The notes under the pieces: generated by a model | The model's database searches: none | What the model was told of the DNA's origin: nothing | The model's input: the letters and a program-made list of their open reading frames with translations, nothing else | DNA from: a candidate division FCPU426 bacterium | GTDB lineage: Bacteria > Oederibacteriota > Muellerivitia > Muellerivitales > Muellerivitaceae | Assembly: GCA_963796105.1 (NCBI GenBank) | Contig: CAWCKJ010000012.1 | Span: forward strand, 32,001-96,000 | Direction: 5' to 3' | DNA: 64,000 nt | In this document: piece by piece, positions 57,597 through 64,000 of the stretch | Position numbering within the stretch: the first letter of the stretch is position 1 | How the letters are laid out: every line of letters begins with the position of its first letter | Translations under genes and position numbers: made by a program

Positions 57597-58410
57597 GAAA
57601 ACCCGCCATCCGGCCAACGAAAACCCGCCATCCGGCCAACGAAAACCCGCCATCCGGCCAACGAAAACCCGCCATCCGGCCAACGAAAACCCGCCATCCG
57701 GCCAACGAAAACCCGCCATCCGGCCAACGAAAACCCGCCATCCGGCCAACGAAAACCCGCCATCCGGCCAACGAAAACCCGCCATCCGGCCAACGAAAAC
57801 CCGCCATCCGGCCAACGAAAACCCGCCATCCGGCCAACGAAAACCCGCCATCCGGCCAACGAAAACCCGCCATCCGGCCAACGAAAACCCGCCATCCGGC
57901 CAACGGAAATCCGCCATCCGGCCAACGGAAATCCGCCATCCGGCCAACGGAAATCCGCCATCCGGCCAACGGAAATCCGCCATCCGGCCAACGGAAATCC
58001 GCCATCCGGCCAACGGAAATCCGCCATCCGGCCAACGGAAATCCGCCATCCGGCCAACGGAAATCCGCCATCCGGCCAACGGAAATCCGCCATCCGGCCA
58101 ACGGAAATCCGCCATCCGGCCAACGGAAATCCGCCATCCGGCCAACGGAAATCCGCCATCCGGCCAACGGAAATCCGCCATCCGGCCAACGGAAATCCGC
58201 CATCCGGCCAACGGAAATCCGCCATCCGGCCAACGGAAATCCGCCATCCGGCCAACGGAAATCCGCCATCCGGCCAACGGAAATCCGCCATCCGGCCAAC
58301 GGAAATCCGCCATCCGGCCAACGGAAATCCGCCATCCGGCCAACGGAAATCCGCCATCCGGCCAACGGAAATCCGCCATCCGGCCAACGGAAATCCGCCA
58401 TCCGGCCAAC
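57597..58410. repeat. Perfect 22-bp tandem array: 14 x GAAAACCCGCCATCCGGCCAAC then 23 x GGAAATCCGCCATCCGGCCAAC
   Basis: Direct count: variant A at 57597-57904 and variant B at 57905-58410. No spacers. Confidence 0.97.
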
Positions 58411-58565
58411 GGAAAACTTTATAAACATATGGTTTCCCCAAACCTTTGCCGTTCCCAACACCCCTCCTGAAGATATAAAATGCACCGCATTAAGTAGCTT
58501 AGTGTTTTATAAAAAGACTCTGAAAGTATTGAATACCATTCCGGCCGGCAAAAGGCCTATCAGCC

Positions 58566-58952
58566 ATGAAAATTTTTCGATTCCCATTTCGTTTGAATAA
58601 GTGGTTCCTGCGCTTGAGCGCCGTACTTTTCTTGACCTGTTTCGCCTCCCCTTCAATTCCCTACCAGGCTCCCCAGCCAGGCTCTTGTTATGTTTATCCA
58701 TCCCCCGCGATCACCCTCTGGGCCTGGGTGGTTTACAACATGACCCAGGATGGTTCAGTGGAGGTTCGAATCTATAACGAGGGAGGAGACCTGGTCCTGG
58801 AAACAGGTGAATCGAAAATAACGGGTGTCCAAGAGACACCCATGAACTTGTTTTACCTTCGCAACGGGGTCTATCTCTGCCGGGTAATCATCACCCCCAT
58901 CGGGGGTGCCACCCAGACCCTTAAAACTTTCAAGTTTACGGTGGCTCGATGA
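58566..58952 (+). CDS. Small exported protein consisting almost only of a T9SS-tail/FlgD-Ig-like domain
   Basis: Signal peptide, then YVYPSPA...VEVRIYNEGGDLV...GVYLCRV...FKFTVAR. ATGA-coupled to the PorV-like gene. Confidence 0.75.
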   Translation: MKIFRFPFRLNKWFLRLSAVLFLTCFASPSIPYQAPQPGSCYVYPSPAITLWAWVVYNMTQDGSVEVRIYNEGGDLVLETGESKITGVQETPMNLFYLRNGVYLCRVIITPIGGATQTLKTFKFTVAR

Positions 58953-60322
58953 GAATGTGGTTTTCCCGCAATATTCCCCGGATTTTAATCCTTCTCATTC
59001 TAAGTTTGCCGGCCTTCGCCTTGGGAGACCAGACAGCTTATACCACCGCTTTTATTCCCTATCCCTTGGAGGATCTAGGCCATTCCCCCAGGGCTGAAGC
59101 CCTGGGTTCCGCTTTCGCGGCGGTGGAAGGAGATGCCACCTGCTTGTTTGAAAACCCCGCGGGACTAGCAAACGTCTCGGAGCTTCAAATATCCGCCGTC
59201 CATCAATCCTGGATTTCTGATATCACCCAGGAAAGTCTAGTAGGCGCCTTCCGCACTTACAACTTAGGTATCGTTGCTCTTGGTACCAACTATGTCAATT
59301 TTGGTACCCTGGATGGCTACGACGTCAATGGAAATTCCACATCTTCCTACAGGCCATTCCGGGCATCCTTCTCCTTGGGTTGGGGATCTTATATTTACCC
59401 CAGCTTTTCCTTGGGGTTCTCGCTCCGGGGGCTGGAACAATCCCTTGCCGCGAACCTGAACACCATCGCCACCTCCTTCAACGGCGGTTTCATTTGGACT
59501 ATTACTCCCCGATTGAAAGCTGGCGGTTATTCCTCATTCCTTTACAGCGATGCCGAAGGCGATTTGGGCCAGATGAAATGGGGCGCCTCTTACGCTCTTC
59601 CCTTGATCGGGGATAAACCCACCCTTCTTCTAGCTGATATCTCCATGCCTCCCCAGGGGGTTTATCAGATCCAATGCGGATTGGAGCAGACTTTCCTATC
59701 CATCCTGAGTGTCCGGATCGGAAATCAATGGGATTTCAAGAACAAGGAAATTGCAGGGCTCAGGGGTTTCGCTACCGGCCTTGGGCTCCGGTGGGCGGAC
59801 TTCGACTTAAGCGCCAGCTTCGCTCCGGATGGGGACTTGGGCTCTTCCTTGATGCTGGGATTGACTCTTCTTTTTCCGTCGGGACCTCTTCCACCCCCTC
59901 CGGCCCCCCCTCAGCCCCCATCCCAGCCGGAACCGGTCCTGGAACCGCCGATAGCTTTTAAGCCGCCCGCGGTCATTTCCCCCAACGACGAGGTGGTCTG
60001 GGTGAAATTGCACTTCAAACTGCCGGATTTGGGCCCCAATGGGCCATCCCCTGTCGCTACCCCTTCCATCGAGAGGGACAAAAATATCGATGTCGTGGCC
60101 AAAAAAGTCCAGTCCGATCCAAAGGATTTCCAATCCTGGGTGTCCCTGGGAAACCTTTACTGGCAGGCCGGAAAGCCTGATTTTACTGTCCAATGCTTTG
60201 AGGAAGCCCTCCGGCTCAAGCCTGATACCGCCCCCTTGAAGGCCTGGTTGGACCAATATCACATGCTTTTTCCTCCTAATTTCCGGGGTTGGGGAATAAA
60301 ACGGGCCTTTCCGACACTATAG
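58949..60322 (+). CDS. PorV/PorQ-like outer-membrane barrel + Pro-rich linker + TPR
   Basis: GHSPRAEALGSAFAAVEGDATCLFENPAGLA, beta strands to GDLGSSLMLGLTL, poly-Pro linker, and SWVSLGNLYWQ...FEEALRLKP TPR. Confidence 0.85.
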   Translation: MRMWFSRNIPRILILLILSLPAFALGDQTAYTTAFIPYPLEDLGHSPRAEALGSAFAAVEGDATCLFENPAGLANVSELQISAVHQSWISDITQESLVGAFRTYNLGIVALGTNYVNFGTLDGYDVNGNSTSSYRPFRASFSLGWGSYIYPSFSLGFSLRGLEQSLAANLNTIATSFNGGFIWTITPRLKAGGYSSFLYSDAEGDLGQMKWGASYALPLIGDKPTLLLADISMPPQGVYQIQCGLEQTFLSILSVRIGNQWDFKNKEIAGLRGFATGLGLRWADFDLSASFAPDGDLGSSLMLGLTLLFPSGPLPPPPAPPQPPSQPEPVLEPPIAFKPPAVISPNDEVVWVKLHFKLPDLGPNGPSPVATPSIERDKNIDVVAKKVQSDPKDFQSWVSLGNLYWQAGKPDFTVQCFEEALRLKPDTAPLKAWLDQYHMLFPPNFRGWGIKRAFPTL

Positions 60323-60335
60323 GCTAAGGAGAAAA

Positions 60336-60908
60336 ATGGAAAGCGAAAGGGACCTGGTTCAAAAAATACTTACCGGCGACATGGAAGCCCAAACCCGTTT
60401 TTACCAGGAAAACGCGAAGCGCCTTTACCCCATATGCGTTCACTTTTTGGGGTACCAGGACCAGGACGCCGAGGACCTCGTACAGGACGCCTTCCTCATC
60501 GCATTCAAGAAAATCTCGCAATTTGAGTTCCGATCCTCTCTCTACACCTGGATGGCCCATATTTGCGTGAATCTCTGTTACGAAAGGCTGAGGAAAAGAA
60601 AACGCGAATTGGGAGCGCTTCACGAGGATTTGGAGCGGATGGCCCAACCCCAAGCGGGTATCCGGCTCCAGGACGAACAGATGGAGGCGGAAAAAAAGAC
60701 ACGGCTGGAAACATTGGACCGGCTGATGGGTTCCATGAGCGAAAAATGCAGGCAGGTCCTGGAACTTCGGGACCGCCAGGGCGTAAGTTACATGAATCTT
60801 TCCCGAAGCCTGAAGATGCCGATGGGAACCGTGATGTCCCAACTGGCCCGCTGTAGGAAAGCCTTGAAGACTTTGCTTGAAAGTGAACAAAGGGGAGTGA
60901 AGATTTGA
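60336..60908 (+). CDS. ECF sigma-70 factor
   Basis: AAGGAG RBS, GDMEA, AEDLVQDAF, SSLYTWMAHICVNLC and PMGTVMSQLARCRK. Confidence 0.93.
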   Translation: MESERDLVQKILTGDMEAQTRFYQENAKRLYPICVHFLGYQDQDAEDLVQDAFLIAFKKISQFEFRSSLYTWMAHICVNLCYERLRKRKRELGALHEDLERMAQPQAGIRLQDEQMEAEKKTRLETLDRLMGSMSEKCRQVLELRDRQGVSYMNLSRSLKMPMGTVMSQLARCRKALKTLLESEQRGVKI

Positions 60909-61555
60909 ACCCATTACTTGAGGAATATTTCAAGCGGGACCTGACGGAAGAGGAGGAAGCTCGCCTGGGTGAAATCCTCCAGGCTTCCCCTGAGGAGGCG
61001 TTGCTGTTCGCCCAGGGAATGGCCGCCCTTTATCTTGAGTTGGGCCTGCCTGAGCCTGTTTGGCCTGATAAACCCATGAAGTATCCCGGCAATCTGGTAA
61101 AACCGGTTAAGCATTTCCCCTGGATAGTCATTTCAGTCTTGCTCTTGATTCTCCTTCTTTTCAGCCTCTTCAAGTTGAATACAATAAAGGAGCCTTTGCC
61201 AGTTCCTTCCGCCCCTCCCCACCCGAAAGCTCTGATCCGAAAAATCATCAAGGCGGTTCATCCAATGCCACCCGCCCCGATCGCTTCCCGGGTGCCGGCC
61301 CCTCCCCCTAACCGGTACCAGGAAATATCGGCGACCGTGGATATGCCCCAAAGCGGCTTGGCGACGGTGAAGGTTTTCGACCCAGCCGGGAATGTGATTC
61401 GTATCCTTTTTGCCGGCATCCTGCCCTCGGGACCCCAGACATTCATTTGGGACGGAAAAACAAACCAGGGATTAACTTCCTCACCAGGCCTATACACGAT
61501 TGAGGTGAGATCCGGCCAGACCCTGATGAAAAAACAGGTCAAATTACAACAATAA
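60905..61555 (+). CDS. Putative anti-sigma factor with TM and C-terminal FlgD-Ig domain
   Basis: Overlaps the sigma stop. LLEEYFKRDLTEEE N-terminus, one TM, Pro linker, and VKVFDPAGNVIRIL...WDGKTNQG...PGLY. Confidence 0.78.
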   Translation: MNPLLEEYFKRDLTEEEEARLGEILQASPEEALLFAQGMAALYLELGLPEPVWPDKPMKYPGNLVKPVKHFPWIVISVLLLILLLFSLFKLNTIKEPLPVPSAPPHPKALIRKIIKAVHPMPPAPIASRVPAPPPNRYQEISATVDMPQSGLATVKVFDPAGNVIRILFAGILPSGPQTFIWDGKTNQGLTSSPGLYTIEVRSGQTLMKKQVKLQQ

Positions 61556-61587
61556 ACAAATTATTGGATTTAAAAGAATGCGGTTTG

Positions 61588-61624
61588 TTTTACCCATGTG
61601 TATTGATTTTCCACATGGGTAAAA
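61588..61624. terminator. Probable bidirectional terminator between convergent genes
   Basis: TTTTACCCATGTG-N11-CACATGGGTAAAA inverted repeat. Confidence 0.7.
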
Positions 61625-61648
61625 CTACTTTAATTAAAAATTTAAAAC

Positions 61649-64000
61649 TTAAAATTTAGAATTACCTTTTGCCGTAATAAGGTAGTAAGAAGTTTTTTCT
61701 TTTGGAGAAATCGAAAACTTTAAAGTACCTTTCGCGGTCCTTGCGTCCAACTTCTTCCCTTCTATTCCCAACGCATCCAAAGGAGTTACACTGTAATCTT
61801 TCCCACTCGCCGTCAAGCTAATATCGGCTTGAACACCTTGCATGAGAATTGGGGTATGTCCGGCATCCTTCAAGGAAGTCCTAGTCGGGTTATAAACCTG
61901 TCCACTGTTCTCGGCCCTGGCAACCGCCACCAATAGGATTTTCGAGGATTCCGCCAGGGGTTTCCGATCCAGGCTGACCGCCAAGACGCTGGCCCAAGGA
62001 TTGCGTTTAGCAGCATTAACCGAAAAGCCTTGGGTGTTGAAAACTTCGCTTGTTCCGATGGCGCCTGTGAATCCTTGAACAAAGGGGCTATCCAGTTTCA
62101 AAATCCCCTTGCTGTAATCAAGCGTCTGCTCCCCAGTTGTGCTTTGGATCACTTTTGCCTGGGCGTCATAAAGCTTTTCAACCTGGGCCAGATCGGAAGC
62201 CACAACTTCCTTGGAACCCGTGAATGTCTTCGCGACTTTGGCCACATAGGGCAGCCAAGGATAGTCGAAAAGCCAACTGCTCTTGCTGCCGTTGGCGAGA
62301 ATATCTTTATCCATGACCGACTCCTGAACAATCACATCCGAGGGTTTCAACAGGCCCTGGCGGAATATGAGGGCTCCAACTTGGTTCAGGGGCTCGTTGT
62401 CCGGCCGGGAGTTGATGGCGAAGTTCGTCATTTTTTGAGCGCCAATGAGCGAAGGCCCATAGTCGAACTGGAGCATGCCGTCCCAGTCCTGCAGACTCGC
62501 GTAAGAGGCCATGAGAACTGGCCCCTCGATACGGTATTCATTGGGCACGCAGTCATTCCATTCTGTGACGATGAGGGGCATTCCCTGCACCGCCGCGTGG
62601 GACAGATTGAACAATAGCGACCCCTGCAAGGGGTTTTTGAGCTGGGAATTGTTGTTCATGGGAGCGTGATCCACATTCTGCCAGCCGCCAGCGATGTTCC
62701 AGATTTGCGGGTGGTCCCAATAGGCATGGGTATCCATGAAATCCATGATGGAGTCGCTCTTGACGTTACCCAGCACCGGAAGGCCCATGTTGCTTCCCGT
62801 TAAAAGCGCGTGGGAACTGATTTTCTTGAGGAATGCCTTCATTTCCAGGTTGCTCTTCATGACCGTTTCGAGCAGAAACTTCAAACTCACGTCGGCGTTT
62901 TCCGGGTTTTGGGTGGGAACCAGCTTCTGGGTGTCCCAATCGAACTTGAAGTGGGATATAGGACCTTTTCCACCCCAGGCTTCGAAAATCTTCTGAAGTT
63001 CATCCCAGAAAGGCTGCGGGAAATTCTGCTCGCCGAAGCCGCAGAAAATGGAGGACTCGTTGACAATCTCGTTGCCCACATAAACAGGATCATCCTTGAG
63101 GGCTATTTTCGTATAAGGATTCACATGAGTTAATAGCATCTCGGCGTATTTCTTGTTGAGTTCGATGACTCGTCGGCTGAAATGAATGACGGTCTTGGAA
63201 CCGTCCTCCAGGTCGGAAGAACCCTCCACATTATCACCCTTGCGAAACTTGCGCCCCACCGACCAGTCAGGATAAACGTAAATTCCATTTTTCTTAAGGG
63301 CCGCGATAAGGTAATCCATCTTGTCCAGCGATTCAGGGTTGAAGGTCTGGGTGTTGTCGGCCTTGGGGTCGAAAAGGCTCACGTCCCCCCAGTTGTTGTC
63401 CAGAAAATGCATGCGCACCAGATTGAATCCGAGTTTTGCCATACGAGCGGCAACCAGGTCGGCCTCTTCATGACCGATGAAGAGGTTAGGACCCACTCCG
63501 TCCGTTCCCCAGAACCTGACGCGGGTGCCGTCAACGAAGGCAAAATGCCCTTTCTTGACCGACACGAAACCATGGGTACCGGCAGGCTTCTCGTTCAGGT
63601 ATGAAAAATCAATCGCTGCGTCCGAAGCCTTGGCAGGTGGCTGATAGGCGTACCAATCCGAGGTGTCGGTAGTCTGTTCGGTCTTGAGGCTGGCCGCGAT
63701 CTTCTTGCCATCAGAATCCAGAAGCGTAAGTGATAAATCATCAAACCATGCCTTACCTGTGCAATTTCCCAGCCCCGCGTCCAGCCAAGCCTGGGTGGCC
63801 CCTGGAGGCAGGGGATATTTTCTCTCGTAATAGGTCCAATCGGTGTCGCCGACCACCTTGCAGACCGAATCCTGCCATCCACCCACTTGCTTGTTTTGGT
63901 CATCCCGGAAATCAATGCCAAGCCGCGCGGCTTCCCATTGCTCCTTGCCCCGAACAACGCCCTGGGGCTTTACCCATCCACTGTAAACCACATATGCGGG
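61649..64000 (-). CDS. Clan GH-A (GH5-like) glycoside hydrolase with N-terminal CBM4/9-like domain; 5' end outside window
   Basis: GFNLVRMHFLD, EIVNE (acid/base), HAYWDHP and IVTEWN (nucleophile). CBM-like DWTYYE...GKAWFDDLSL. Confidence 0.78.
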   Translation of the reverse strand, partial: PAYVVYSGWVKPQGVVRGKEQWEAARLGIDFRDDQNKQVGGWQDSVCKVVGDTDWTYYERKYPLPPGATQAWLDAGLGNCTGKAWFDDLSLTLLDSDGKKIAASLKTEQTTDTSDWYAYQPPAKASDAAIDFSYLNEKPAGTHGFVSVKKGHFAFVDGTRVRFWGTDGVGPNLFIGHEEADLVAARMAKLGFNLVRMHFLDNNWGDVSLFDPKADNTQTFNPESLDKMDYLIAALKKNGIYVYPDWSVGRKFRKGDNVEGSSDLEDGSKTVIHFSRRVIELNKKYAEMLLTHVNPYTKIALKDDPVYVGNEIVNESSIFCGFGEQNFPQPFWDELQKIFEAWGGKGPISHFKFDWDTQKLVPTQNPENADVSLKFLLETVMKSNLEMKAFLKKISSHALLTGSNMGLPVLGNVKSDSIMDFMDTHAYWDHPQIWNIAGGWQNVDHAPMNNNSQLKNPLQGSLLFNLSHAAVQGMPLIVTEWNDCVPNEYRIEGPVLMASYASLQDWDGMLQFDYGPSLIGAQKMTNFAINSRPDNEPLNQVGALIFRQGLLKPSDVIVQESVMDKDILANGSKSSWLFDYPWLPYVAKVAKTFTGSKEVVASDLAQVEKLYDAQAKVIQSTTGEQTLDYSKGILKLDSPFVQGFTGAIGTSEVFNTQGFSVNAAKRNPWASVLAVSLDRKPLAESSKILLVAVARAENSGQVYNPTRTSLKDAGHTPILMQGVQADISLTASGKDYSVTPLDALGIEGKKLDARTAKGTLKFSISPKEKTSYYLITAKGNSKF

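Noticed and set aside
57597..58410. CRISPR array
   Set aside because: Units are contiguous with no unique spacers, and no cas genes are in the window.
57444..58485. Three long minus-strand ORFs with MADFRWPDGGFPLAGWRISVGR repeats
   Set aside because: They are a by-product of a stop-free 22-bp unit, which gives the same peptide in all three frames. No convincing RBS or domain, although translation cannot be strictly excluded.
47965..61555. Prophage or integrative element explaining the duplicated module
   Set aside because: No integrase, transposase, att-like repeats or phage genes. The two copies are highly diverged, so this is not a recent duplication.

Overview
This is a chromosomal segment of a diderm bacterium, judged from the outer-membrane barrel genes, lipoproteins and a meso-DAP-type MurE. 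The PorV-family barrels, FlgD-Ig/T9SS-tail-like domains and Thr/Pro-rich surface protein resemble poorly studied candidate lineages such as FCPU426, but that placement is a weak inference. Left to right the window holds: a palindromic REP-like element; a GT-C/O-antigen-ligase glycosylation trio; HU plus two degenerate response regulators; an OGG1-type glycosylase; a beta-propeller lipoprotein; two small DRR/ERR-motif proteins; and a complete dcw cluster (mraZ to ftsZ). The dcw cluster carries unusual additions: two STAS proteins, an orphan ORF, and a deacetylase-amidase-pgeF tail. Next come glpK, hisN, pfkA, an FKBP, an lsrF/Zn-dehydrogenase operon and an ABC-2 exporter. An accessory region follows with two gene-order-permuted copies of a four-gene module (ECF sigma + membrane anti-sigma ending in a FlgD-Ig/CTD-like domain + PorV-like barrel-TPR fusion + CTD-bearing secreted protein). 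Between the copies lie a TPR-barrel, a SET-domain gene, queCE, a Thr-rich lipoprotein and an 814-bp two-variant 22-bp tandem array. A GH5-like hydrolase runs off the right edge. Four regulatory or stress genes carry single reading-frame lesions. I recognised no tRNA, rRNA, CRISPR array, transposase or integrase. All calls come from motif recognition by eye, without database searches.
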